Positions 1-19,894 of a stretch of 64,000 bases of DNA are shown here, piece by piece; positions within the stretch are counted from its first letter, which is position 1, and each line of letters opens with the position of its first letter. The notes beneath the pieces were generated by a model. It ran no database searches and had not been told where the DNA came from. It was given only the letters and a program-made list of their open reading frames with translations. The stretch comes from the human T2T-CHM13v2.0 reference genome, Homo sapiens, in NCBI RefSeq assembly GCF_009914755.1, contig NC_060931.1; one strand, 5' to 3'. Both the position numbers and the translations under genes were made by a program.

Positions 1-1147
<1,147 letters not shown>

Positions 1148-1322
1148 AGGAACAGAGCCTGAGAAATCGCTGTTAGAATGATTAGTGCATATATTGCCCA
1201 AACCTTTAATGGTTTTTATGGCTGTCCTTCAGAACGCCCCACCTTAAAAAAGTCTTTATTAAACTTAGAGCATTTAAGTGTAAAAAAAAAAACAAAAAAA
1301 AACAAGACAAACAAAAAAAAAA
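1148..1322 (+). other. Putative L1 3'-transduced segment with its own poly(A) signal and second A tail
   Basis: ~130 nt of non-L1 sequence after the L1 tail, ATTAAA at 1258-1263, A-rich tail 1282-1322, then abrupt entry into the THE1 LTR. Confidence 0.75.
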
Positions 1323-1652
1323 CACATACTCGAGACTGGGTAATTCATAAAGAAAAAAAGGATTTAATGGACCCTCAATTCCACATGGCTGGGAGGTTTC
1401 ACAATTATGGCAGAAGACAAAGGAGAAAGTCACATCTTACATGGCGGCAGGCCAGAGAGCTTGTGCAGGGGAACTCCCATTTATAAAACCATCAGATCTT
1501 GTGAGACTTATTCACTATCACAAGAACAGCACGGGAAAGACCTGCCCCCATGATTCAATTACCTCCCACTGGGTCCCTCCCACAACACGTGGGAATTATG
1601 AGAGCTACAATTCAAGATGAGATTTGGGTGGGGACACAGCCAAATTATATCA
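1323..1652 (-). mobile_element. THE1 (MaLR) solo LTR, missing ~30 bp at the left end
   Basis: ACATACTCGAGACTGGGTAATT...GAGATTTGGGTGGGGACACAGCCAAATTATATCA matches the THE1B/D consensus in reverse. Confidence 0.92.
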
Positions 1653-2029
1653 GAGCCCATACAAACAATTGTTGGGAACTATTCTGGACCAGTCAGATTT
1701 TATCAAAATTCCCATGTCTCCTTTGACTCTACTAATTTGGATCTGAGAATGAACTATATACAGTTTTGTTCATATCTGAGGGCTCTTGGCATTGAGAAGA
1801 TGAAAACTCTTGGCCATGAACTGTTAGCCATTGAGACTGCCTTGTGGGTTAAAAGCCTCATGTTACATTCCTGTTACATACATTTAAAAAGTTGTTCCTG
1901 CTCCCCTTGGGTGGCTGATAAATATGTAAAGAGGCTGGGACAGGATTTTCTATTCTAGGGTGCTCTTGCCTCATGTCCAGCCCCTTCCATCCAGGCAAGT
2001 CTGTCTGTGGATTTATCAAGAGCCTGGGA

Positions 2030-3617
2030 CAGGGATGGCTGCATAATTTTTAGGATTTCGGGCAAAATGAAAATGTAAGGCCTTCTGTTCAAATATCAGG
2101 GTGAGTAAAGTGTCATTAAAGGTATAAATGAAGCATTTTTCTTTCTTCTGGAGCCCATCATGGTGTTTCTAAATGCTATTTAAAGTCATTTAAGCAAAAG
2201 AAAGTCAGAATTTTTAATTATTAACATGAATTTAAGTATACATCTTTATATTGTATGATGCCCATTTTAAATGTAAATATTTACACATTAACTCATAAGT
2301 GGAACTACAAAAATAGTCCCAAATAATGCTATCCTGGCTTGTCACTGGAAGATGCTTTAAACTGGCCAGAAAAGACAAACACAGGCCAGGCTTAAGGAGG
2401 TTGGAAATAGGAAGAAAGTGTCTCCTAGGTATGGAGGCTGTCAAGGGGGTGCCACTGAGCACAAGGTTTCTCCCAGGGTGTATACAGTCCCTCCCAGTTG
2501 CCTGTGAGCCCCACCACATAATGTGGGACACCTGTGCCCTCACTCAGGTCTGATGGCTCCCAGATTCCCCCTCTTGCCTACAGCTGGACCAGTGTGTCAT
2601 GCCTTGGCCTATGGTGGGGTCTAGGGACGTACATCCAGGTCTCTCTCCTTCCCACAACATGCCACACCAATCCATAGAAGATTGGCAAAACCCAAAGATC
2701 TCCATGCTAGGATGTGCTTGGTGTTTGGATTAAGGATAGGTGAGAGGGGACTTTAGCCAAGACATGACCTCTGGCTGGCCAGACACACCACGGGGCAAGT
2801 GGGAGCAGGGACAGCACCTCCGTGCCCACACTGAGATGTCATGGGGCGCACACAGCTGACCCCAGCCATTTTTATACAAGTGCCTAGAGCCCAAGAGGGG
2901 AAGGAGGATGGCAGCAGTCAGGGCAAGGAGGAGAAAGCCAGGTATAATTAGGGTGCCAAGGTTTGGAGGGATGGGAGTCTGAGAATCAATATGGGGGAAG
3001 TGGGAGGTGGGGAAGAGGAGAGTGGGGAGGTGGTAAGAATCCACACTGCACACAAGTCTAAACTTGAACCCCTTGGTGTATGCCCCATGGTCCCATTTGC
3101 CTTCACTTACAAACCACAAATTATTAAAAAAAAATGATTAAGAATCTCAATGTGGTGGCCACACACTAAGTGTGGGAATCTTCTGAGTGGGACCCTGAGC
3201 AACTGCGCTGGTTGCATGCTGACATGATTTTGGTCTGTGTCCCCACCCAAATCTCATGCGGAATTGTCATCTCCATTGTTGGAGGTGGGGCCTAGTGGGA
3301 AGTGATTAAATCATGGGGGCAGATTTCCCCCTCAGTGCTGGTCTCTTGATAGCGAGTGAGTGCCTGCAAGATCTGGTTGTTTCAAAGTCTGTGGCACCTC
3401 CCACCACCCCTTCCTGTTCCAGGCCATATGAAGATGCCTGCTTCAGCTTTGCCTTCTGCCTTGAGTAAAAGTTCCCTGAGGCCTCCCTAGCCATGATTCC
3501 TGTACAGCCTGCAGAACCAGGAGCCAATTAAACCTCTTTTCTTTATAAATTACCCCACTCACACATTTCCTGATAGCAGCGTGAGAATGAATACACAAGC
3601 CCATGAAGCCAGCCCTA
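2030..3617 (-). mobile_element. MER45-family (hAT-Tip100) non-autonomous DNA transposon, interrupted by an MST LTR
   Basis: Left end CAGGGATGGCTGCATAATTT...GCAAAATGAAAATGT; right end GACCCTGAGCAACTGC...[LTR]...CCCATGAAGCCAGCCCT; both match MER45 termini. Confidence 0.75.
3220..3595 (+). mobile_element. MSTA/MSTB (MaLR) solo LTR
   Basis: TGACATGATTTTGGTCTGTGTCCCCACCCAAATCTCATG...AATACA; 5-bp TSD CATGC/CAAGC. Confidence 0.92.
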
Positions 3618-4200
3618 TCTAGGAGACCTGGTGCCTTTGCTCCTCCTATGCTCCTGAGCTGTCATCTATCATCCTTACTGTTGTCTTGTGAGTGATGTGA
3701 ATTACTGTGCCCTTGCACAGCAGGATCTGTCTTTACTTTTCCTGGTTCCTAACTATGGATAGCTATCACACTCTTTCTCAGTATTATCACCACCACTGCC
3801 ATGACTTAGCCCTTGTTTTGGCTTCCTACTCTAGTAGGAAAATTTAGATATTACTGAAGAAAATCAGTTAAGTTTAGAAAAATTTATATTTTTCTAAAAA
3901 GAACCATTTATATTTCCTTTTCCTTTTCTATACATCCTCAATTCATATTCTTTGCTAATTTTCTATGATTGTTAGTCTTTCGTTATGGATTTTTAGAAAC
4001 TATTTTGTCAACTACACTTTTGTTTCTGATTTAATTTATAAAATATTTCTTTACAGCTTTGTGTTTACTTTTGACTTTACTTATGCTAGTTTTTATAATA
4101 AGGAATATTTTTTAAATTGTATAGAATCAAATTTATTAATCATTTTTATGTTCTGATTTTATTATACTCAATTACTCTTTAAAATTTTCTAATATTTTTT

Positions 4201-4774
<574 letters not shown>

Positions 4775-4776
4775 TA

Positions 4777-5940
4777 AATGTAATGTGGTGTCATGAGTAG
4801 AATTTTGGAACAGAAAAAGGATGTTAGGTAGAAACTAAGGGAATCTGAATAACATGTGAACATATAAACTTTAGTTGACACAATGTATCAATATTAGTTT
4901 ATTAATTGTGACAAGTGTGTCATGCTAGTATAAGATGTTAATAATAAGAGTAACTGGTCTAAAAAATACAAAGAAAATCCAATCCAATTAAAAAATTGGA
5001 GAAAAAAACATGAAGAAACACTTCACCAAAAAAGATACACAGATAAAAAATAAACACATGTTCAACACCCTTGCCAATTAGGGAAATGCAAATTAAAAAT
5101 GACAATGAGATATCATACACACGTGTCAGAACCACTAAAATAAAAAGTAGCTACAACAACAAATGCTGGGAAACATGCAGAAAAACTGAATCACTCATAC
5201 ATTTCTTGCAGAATGTAAGATGGTACAGCCCACTGAAAACAATTTTCTAAAATAAACATGCAACTACAGATGACTCAGCAATTGCATTCCTTCGCATTTA
5301 CACCAGAAAAATAAAAATTACGTCTACACTTAAACCTGTGCATGAATGTTTGTAGCAGCATTGTTTGTAAGAGCCCCCAATGAAAAACAGTCCAGTTATC
5401 CTCTAATGTATAAATCTTAAATGTGGAGTTAAGTAGTACTCCACTCATACCATGGAGTACTACTGAGCAATACAAAGAAACAAATGATTAACACATACAA
5501 ACATCTGAATGAATCTCTAGAGAATTGTGCCAAGAAAAAAAAGTCGACCACAAAATGTCACATGTTGCATGATTCCATTAATATGCCATTCTTGAATTGT
5601 CAAGATTGTAGAAACGGATGAGTGGCTGCCAGGCATTACAGAGGGGATTGGGATGGGAAGGAAGTGGATGTGGTTATGACACTATAGTATTAGAGATACT
5701 GGAGTGATGGAAAGTACCATGTATCCTGACTGCATCTATATGGATACTCTGGTTGTGATAGTGTACTATAGCTTTGTAAGATGTTACAATTGGAAACAAA
5801 GTAAAGAACATATGGGATCTCTGTATTATTTCTTAAAACAGCATGTGAATCTACAATATTTTAAAATAAAATGTTTAATTTAAAAATATGTGATGACAGT
5901 GCATTGGTAAGGGTATTTTTGTATATTTTTTCCAAGTTTT
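4777..5940 (+). mobile_element. Old L1 (L1MC/L1MD-type) 3' fragments, probably nested
   Basis: Degenerate ORF2 end (GGGAAATGCAAATTAAAA) and L1M 3'UTR ending ...GTGAATCTACAATATTTTAAAATAAAATG. Confidence 0.75.
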
Positions 5941-9328
<3,388 letters not shown>

Positions 9329-9330
9329 GA

Positions 9331-11514
<2,184 letters not shown>

Positions 11515-11519
11515 AGTAA

Positions 11520-12095
11520 GGTTGAATGGAAAGAGACGCTCTCATATGATGTTACTGGGAGCGTAAATTGGTACAATTTCTATGGAGAAAATTTTGGCAG
11601 TAGCCACCAAAATTTTATATATATATACATATCCCTTTGACCCACCAATTACACTTTTAGGACTTTAGTCTATAGATCTACATGATCTACACATTTGTAT
11701 CACGTATGAAATGATTGAAGAACAGATTATGCAGTGTGCCAATGTTTGTACGTTTGTAATAAAAATGGAAATAATTTGAATGTCTGTACCTACAATATTA
11801 AATAAATTGTTAAATTGATAAAATGAAACAGTAGGAAGATACAAAATATAATCAGTAGAGTCAGTAAGCTCTGTTTCACTGCTATGAAATAATCCTTAAG
11901 AAATATTGTAAAGGGGAAAAAACAAGGTGCAGAATACTATGTATGCTATTTTTTTTTTTTTTTGAGAGAGAGAAGTAATATATTTCCTGGCAAATGCATA
12001 GAATATCTTTGGAATAATATTTAAGAAAGTGGTAACATTGTTTCCCTTCTAGAAGGAAAACTGAGAGACAGTGTTGAGAGGAAGACTTCCACCTT
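11520..12095 (+). mobile_element. Ancient L1ME-type 3' fragments
   Basis: Degenerate TGGGAGCGTAAATTGGTACAA...CCCTTTGACCCACCAATTACACTTTTAGGA. Confidence 0.6.
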
Positions 12096-12112
12096 GGGAT
12101 TTTGGATGAGTT

Positions 12113-12445
12113 TATATTATTCAGCTTAGGCTAGGCTATGATGCAGTAACAAGTTGAGAAGTCTGATGCAGGTGTAATACCCAGCAGAGTAGCTATCCTC
12201 TATGCAATGACTCAGCAGACAGGCTCTTCAGCCATTTCTACATTTGGCTTCCAGGTTTCTGCAAAAAAGACAGTATATGAAGAACTCCCATCCACTCTTA
12301 CCTTTCTTGGATTGGAAGTGTCATCTTACTTTGATTCATAGCCAATTGAATAGTATTAGTCATGTGTCCTTAATTTAGCTGCCAGTGAACCTGGGAAATA
12401 TAGAGATGTACAAGTAATATTTGGTGAGCAATGCTGTATCTGCAG
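12113..12445 (-). mobile_element. Old MLT1 (MaLR) LTR
   Basis: TAGGCTAGGCTATGATGCAGTAACAA, typical of a reversed MLT1I/J/K terminus. Confidence 0.55.
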
Positions 12446-13072
12446 CAGTGTTGCTGTTCTGCCTTTTCAAATACATAAATCACACCGATCTTTTTAAAAT
12501 AAAAGGATTTAAAATGATGTTGAGGTTTTTTCCTTTAAATGTAAAAAAAAGGTTAGTGTTTCCTGAGGGGTGGAATATGGATGTGAATATTCTCTATCTT
12601 TGTATCAACAAAAGACAAAACTCTGCTGCATCATTTGGTCAGGAAGAGCTTGGAAGCCAGAAGCTAAGTTTATGAATTGCCCAGTTCCAAAGGAAGACAT
12701 CTAGAGACAGAGTCACAAGGATAAGGCAAGAGGAGAATTAAAAAAAATTGGCCTCAGCAACAAATTAAATAACATACAGGATAAAAATTGTGTAATATAA
12801 GTTGATTCACTTATTTTTTACATTTTTGCAATTTCTGGAAATTGCTTTTGTAATTTTATTTTTGATACACAGCTGTCCTAACATCTACTCTTAGGAAAGT
12901 TTCAGATGTAGTCATATATATGTCAGTGTGGACCCAGAGCATCACCTCTGCCACAGACTTTGCACTGTAATTCTCAATTATTTCAAAATGGAAGCTCCTG
13001 TAACTCCTTAGAAAAATTTCAAGCACAAGCAAGTAAGTATAGAAAGTATTTTGAAGAGCAGGAGATATTTCC

Positions 13073-14092
13073 TGAATTGAAAACATGTCCATATGAAAAC
13101 CTGCACATGAATGTTTATAGCAGCTTTATTCATAATTGCCAAGACTTGGAAGCAACCAAGATGTCCTTCAGTAGGTGAATGGTCAAGTAAACTGTGGTAC
13201 ATCCATACAATGGGACACTATTCAGCACTAAAAAGAAATCAGCTATCAAGCCATGACAATACATGAAGGAATCTTAAATGCATATTATTAAGTGAAAGAA
13301 TCCATTCTAAAGGGGTTACACACCACATGATTCCAATTATACAACATTCTGGAAGAGATAAAATGAAGACAGTAAAAAGATCAGTGGTTGCTGGAGGTGA
13401 GGGGGTATGGAGGGGTGAATAGGTGGAGCAGAGAAGAGTTTTACAGCACGAAACTATTTTGTATGATACTGTAGTGGTAAATATATGTCAGTATACATTT
13501 GTCAAAACCCACAGAGTGTCCAACACCAAAAGTAAACCTTAATGTAAACTATATACTTTGGGTAAAAATGGTATGTCAATATAAGTTTATCAATTGTCAT
13601 AAATGTACCACTCTGGTTTGGGATATTCATAGGGCTCTGTGTGTATGGTGGAAAGGGTTATGTGGAAACTTTCTATTATCAATTGTTTGGTGTCTCCTTA
13701 AAATTCAAATATTGAAATCCTAGTCTTCAATATGGTGACATTAGGAGGTGTGGTCTTTGGAAGGTAATTAGGTCATGAGGGTAGAGCCCACATAAATGGG
13801 ATTAGTGCTCTTATAAAAGAGACCCCAGAGAGCTCTCTCACTCTCTTCCTGCAATGTGGGGTATGAGAAGACAGAAGCATACAAACCAGGAGAAATACCC
13901 TCACCAGAGACTGAATCTGCCAACACCTTGATCTTGGACTTCCCTGTCTCCAGAAAAATGAGAAATATGTTTGTTTAAGCAACCCAGACTATGGTAATTT
14001 GTTATAGCATCCTGTACTAAGATGCGCTTTATACTTTCTGCTCAATATATACATGATTCTAAAGCTGTTCTATAAGATAAAGTCTATTAAAA
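13073..14092 (+). mobile_element. L1MC1-type 3' end, 5'-truncated, interrupted by MLT1A
   Basis: AAAACCTGCACATGAATGTTTATAGCAGC...GGAAGCAACCAAGATGTCCTTCAGTAGGTGAAT; terminus ATAAAGTCTATTAAAAA. Confidence 0.85.
13673..14024 (+). mobile_element. MLT1A-type solo LTR
   Basis: GTAATTAGGTCATGAGGGTAGAGCCC...GGGATTAGTGCTCTTATAAAAGAGACCCCAGAGAGC...TTTGTTATAGCA. Confidence 0.85.
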
Positions 14093-14894
14093 ATTTCAAG
14101 CATCTGCAAATTAGTAGGAAAAGCATTTTGAAGAACAAGAGATATATCCAAAGGCCCGTATATTTATATCACTGGAAGCTACTTTGCTAAGGTCTTCCAA
14201 CTCAGAGCCCAGGCACTTTGGCTGTGGGGTTATCACTGATTATTTTGCTTTATCTACTTATTAATGTCAGCTATGTCACCTGGAGCACATCATTTAATCA
14301 GTTTCATGTCTCCTTCATGGGATTGTTGTGATGACAAAAGAGTGCATATTCTGACAGAAGAGCTTACTAAATTATAGCTATTGTGATTTTTTTTCATTAT
14401 TTAATATACCCCAGAGGAATTTCATGGGGAGTAGAGAAATTTGAAAACGAAAAAGAGAACAGCCAATGTTTTTCTATACCTGCCACACACACACATATAC
14501 ATACAAATATTCCTGTCTTGTAGCTGGTTTATTTAAAATCCAGTGCATTTATAGAAATGCCTTCCCACAGAAAAACATTACCACATGTCAGATCTGATGG
14601 AATAGTTACGAGTTCAGAACCATAGCATCTTAGCCCTGTTTTCCAGAGATGTTAATCTAATCATCAATTTATGTAAAGAAGCCAAAGAGAAAAAATAACA
14701 AAGGAAAGAGAAAAAAAAAGTAAGTGGGGAAGGAAAACATGGAGTGGATTTTTGTGCATAAATAATAAAAGGATGGTCTTTATGAACAAAGAGAAATGAT
14801 GTGCATACAGATAACACTTGTTACCTACCAACAAGGTTTGTTTTTTTCCCTCATTAAAGCTTTTGTTGCTTACTGAAACATTTTTGAGTGTTGA

Positions 14895-15278
<384 letters not shown>

Positions 15279-15549
15279 AAGATTTGTATTTATTTTAAAT
15301 ATGTTTACTATACTCAATTTTAAATACTGTGATTTTGAAATCAGGACTATTGTTTGACAATTGTGTTATTCATGTTTATCCATTACTTGCCCCAAACAAG
15401 CCTCATCCTCTGCAAAGGCAGCCACTTCCTGAAGAGGTCCTAAGCTTGCCTCAACCCAGCGAAAAGACTGAAAGACCCCATCCTCTTGTCCCTGACAGAT
15501 GCAGGATGCCACTGCCCTGGCTTCAGGCCGCAAAATGAATGATGCTACT

Positions 15550-16130
15550 TACATTGAGCTTTCCACTCTAATTGGAGGAGAAAGACAATAACAAATAATT
15601 GGGTAATTTTAGATAAAGTTCTATGAAGAATGTAACAGAATACAAAGGGGGACTTTGGCAGGAGAAGGAAGCTTGTTGAGAAAGCAGTTAGAAAAAAATT
15701 ATGTAAAACGACATTTGAGTAGAAACTTGAATGACAAAAATAATTCAGGGAAAAGGCTTTCAGTAAGAAATGTTGAATTGAAAAATCTTAAAGCAGAAAT
15801 GAGCCTGAGAAGTTCCAGGATGAGAAAGGTGATCATGATGGCTGGGAGCACAGGGAGTTATGTGGAAGTGGTGTCACATAAGGTCATATAGGGTTCACAG
15901 ACCATGTTAAGGGCATGAATCCTGTGCTAAGTATAAAGGAAAGCCATTAAAGAATTTTAAGCTGAGGAGTAAGATATATCATAAGGGATCCCAGAGGAAA
16001 GAGATATTCAAAAGACTAGGAAAGAGATTATAGCAATAGACCAAGAAACTGAAGATGGAGAGGTGAACTGTTAGCACTGGAAACGGTGAAAATGGTTAGT
16101 CAAAGAATACGTTTCAGAATGGGATGGTAG
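15550..16130 (-). mobile_element. L2 fragment
   Basis: Purine-rich degenerate L2 motifs (GACATTTGAGTAGAAACTTGAATGA; GGAAAGCCATTAAAGAATTTTAAGCTGAGGAGT). Confidence 0.6.
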
Positions 16131-16179
16131 AGGCATCAGGCGGAGGGACAAATGGATAATGTATAGTGGTAATATTATT

Positions 16180-18080
16180 CAAGAAAAGATGTTGAATTTT
16201 ATCAAGTGCATTTTCAGAACTTACAAGGATAATATTATGACCATTTTCCCCTTTAGATTATTAATAGGTATTTTAATATTGATCAATTATCTTATTTCTA
16301 GAATTGTGTCCACTTGTTCTTGCTGTATGAATTTCTTTAAAGTACTACTACATTTCTTTGCTATTAATTTGCTTATTAACTTTTTACATTGATATTGTGA
16401 TTCACTTATTTTTTAATCTTTGTAGGATTTTTGAAACAATATTTACACAAGCTGAAAAATTAATAATTTTTTTTTATGTTCTAGATTAAAATATTTTACA
16501 TGGCTTAAAATCATCTGTTCCTTCATGTTTTGGCAGTATTACCTTAGGAAACTATTTAAACCTGCTGTTTTTTGTTTAGAAGTAGTTCCATTGTGACTTT
16601 TAAAATATCTTCTGTAGCAATTAGTCTGTTCAGGACAATTTCTATTTTAAAATTATTTAAAATTTATATTTTGCTAGAAATGTATCTCTTTTATGTAGGT
16701 TCTCAAATTCATTGCATAAATTAAGTTTCTTATTATTTTAGTTTTTTCCATATTTTAAAATATTTTTCTACTGTCTTTTATATTTTTTAATTTTTGCACT
16801 GTGAATTTCTTATATTTTGTATTTTATATTTTTTATATTTTACATGTTTATATTTTGTTTTATCATTTGGTTCTTTTTCACAACTAGCTCTAGGATTTAT
16901 GTATTCTACCCTTTTATGTTTTATAATGTATTATTTATTTTTATACTTAATTAAATTCAGTATTTAAGCTTTCCATATATTTTAATATTTTCTTTGACTT
17001 CTTATTTCTGGCTACATTCACATATTTTCATTCTTTCTTACTTATTGATATAAGTATTTAGTACCATACTTTTTTTCTCTGACAATAGTTTTAACTGTAT
17101 CCATAATTTTTAAGCTGGTGGTTTAATTAACATTTTTAAAATGTTTTATTTTAACAAAAAGTCCTTTAAGAGAAATTTTAAAATACCAGGTGTTAGAGAT
17201 TCTTGTTTTTACTTTCTCTATTTTTGTACTTAATTTCTAGTTAGTATCTGTACATTTCTGCTTAGGGATGAAATTGATGTTTTATCTGTGGTCTAATGTG
17301 CGGTCAACTTTTGCGACTGTTTCACGGACTCTGTTTCCTAGCTCAGGATTCAACATTAAATAGACGTATTTATTAAATTTACAATATAAGGTAGAAGTAA
17401 TTTATTACTTAACTAATATAGGCTTGTTTATCTTTATATAGTTTTAACCCACTTGAACTATTGTAGTCTGAGAGCAGTGAATTGAAATTTCTATCTAATG
17501 ATGTGTTTCTGCCCATTGCTCTGTGTATTTCTTATATATTTTGCTTTATGATGGTTGATGTGTTGTTCTTTGGTACATGGATATTTGCAAATGATAGATT
17601 TTATTACTGATTTTAACTTTTACCATTATAAAGTGCCCTTCTTTTTCTCATTTAATTATTCTGGTTTGAATTCAGGCCTATGATGTGTTAAGATCAGAGA
17701 TTCCTTTTCCTCTGCATTTGCCCCTCATGTCTTTGCCTATTCATTCATTTTTTTTTCCTTTCATAGTCATTTCATTAGGTGTTTCTCTTATGTCCGGCAC
17801 AACTTCAGGTGTTGCTGTGTGATTCAGTCTTATTTTCACACATGCCTTATTTCATTTTTTTTTTGCTTTTAGTATGTATTTCATTGTTTTATCTTTCAAT
17901 AAGTGGTCTTCTTTGTCGTATGTGTGTTTCTTTCTGATTATTTGGGACGTTTGTGTTTTTCTAGTAGCTGTGTTTATAATTTTATATCGTTACTTAATTT
18001 TCTATTGATGTAGATAAGCATCTACTCATTCTCTTCTAAACAAGCAATGACAGAATTAGTATACATTTGCTTTTACTTCC
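16180..18080 (-). mobile_element. Ancient, highly degraded L1M ORF2 remnants
   Basis: T-rich with residual L1 motifs (GATGTTGAATTTTATCAAGTGCATTTTC; TTTCTCTTATGT). Confidence 0.55.
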
Positions 18081-18629
18081 ATTCCTAAAATAAAAGGAAT
18101 TAGTTGGAAATATCCTAATTAAAAATCTTTGAGGGGAAAATTTAAGATCTGTTTTTCAGTCAAATAAATCTAAAGTTCAATGTTTTCAAAGGAAAGTACA
18201 AGTACAAGGCTTAAAATGAACAGGGTGGGGTCTTTTCTCAGCACATGGCTTTGAGAACACGCAGGCTAGTTGGGATCTTCAAGTCCAGATTTTCCATCTT
18301 GTGTTTCAGTTATATCAATATTCCTGGGCTGGAAAATTTAATTCAGCTTGATCCTTTCTTGATCATAAGGTGGCTTTTAATGGGTTTCAAATTAATGGCT
18401 TTCTATAATTGGCAAGGGTGAGAAGACCTTGTGACAGAAGAATGTTAACAAATAAAGGCTAAAACTAAATGGAAGATTTCCACTGGCATCTTTGTTTCCC
18501 CGTTTCTCCAGCGAACTTGTGGTGACCTCTAAGAAGTTTATTTGGATATTGTGAGTGATAGAAGAAATTATAAAATGGAATATATAAATAAACCTACACA
18601 TATAATAATATGTGTAATATTGAATGTAC

Positions 18630-18822
18630 CATAATAACCAACAGTTATTGAGCACTTTCCATGTATTGTCTTTATTAATCTGCCAAACAACCTTATCAGC
18701 AAGGTCCCATCAACATTATTACAGATGAGAGAAATCAAGCTTAGAGGACTTGATTAGCTTTCCCAACATCATTCATCTGTTAAATAGCGAAACCAAAATT
18801 TATATTGAGGCCGCCTAACAAC
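18630..18822 (-). mobile_element. MIR
   Basis: TTATTGAGCACTT...TTACAGATGAGAGAAATCAAGCTTAGAG core. Confidence 0.7.
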
Positions 18823-19894
18823 AAAGGGAAATTAAAAGAAAAATAGAAAGGATGGTATGTATATAAATGCAGAGTTTTCTAAACTTTCCATTTTATAGTT
18901 CTCTATTTGATTTCTTACAATGTGTAACATTATAATTATAAAATGAGACAAAAGTAGTAATTTGAGACGTGCAGAAGTACTGATTTTCTTACCAGTCAAA
19001 TGTATATTTACTTAATAATTATTTTTATTTTTGCTCTCTGCCCATAACTTCACTCCCTCACTTAATAAAATAAATGTCAGGAACACACTCGTAGTGTTTT
19101 TGTTCGAGAGCTCAGCTTTCCAGGTAGAACTGTCCATTGTTTCAGGTCTGACTGTTTTTCTCTTTGACAGAGATTTGAATAAAACATTGGGAATTCTCCC
19201 AGAATGGCTTTTAGTGGTGAACACATGCCAGCTGTGCTTTCAGCCACAAAGTTGCCTTTGGGATGCTTGCATTCCCAGCTGAGCAGAAGTCCCTCTGCCT
19301 ACTCCCTAAGCTCACAATAATGGTGTTTTACAGGAAGCAGGCTAAATATAACATTTCTCCAAAATATTTCTATTAAGGTTTATTTCTAGCTCAGTATACA
19401 CATTTTATGACTATTTCTTTGACTATCATGAGTAGTGTGGTTTAAAAGAAGATATTTCCTTTTTATGTATGAGTCTGCCTTTTCATTACTTCCTTTATGG
19501 AAGATTTGTAGACATTGTGTCCTTAAAAGTATGTCTCCGAATTCTCCTAGCTGCCCTTCTGGGTATATTTCCCCTCTCTAAAGAAGTGAGGTAAGGATAG
19601 AGTTGTTAGGCCTCCAAGTTTATCAATTTGATTGTTCCATAGAAAAGAGCACAGGGCACATAGAGGATGTGTTTGCCTAGATCTAAAGGGATGCATGTCA
19701 AGTTCAGCACTTGATGAACATATGACAAGTGATTGTCCTGCCATTATGATTAAACACTGATAACACAGTCAGCCACAGATATATATGAGGATGTGTGCTT
19801 CCCCTGGGTTAGGAGGGAAATGATTTTGACACCACAGTGGGAACACTAATTTGCACACTACTGGTGAGTGACACCCTTCCATTGTCACATTTAT

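Noticed and set aside
2232-3119. ORFs of 103-129 aa in a GC-rich stretch
   Set aside because: They lie between MER45 termini, show no recognisable domain and have no convincing exon boundaries.
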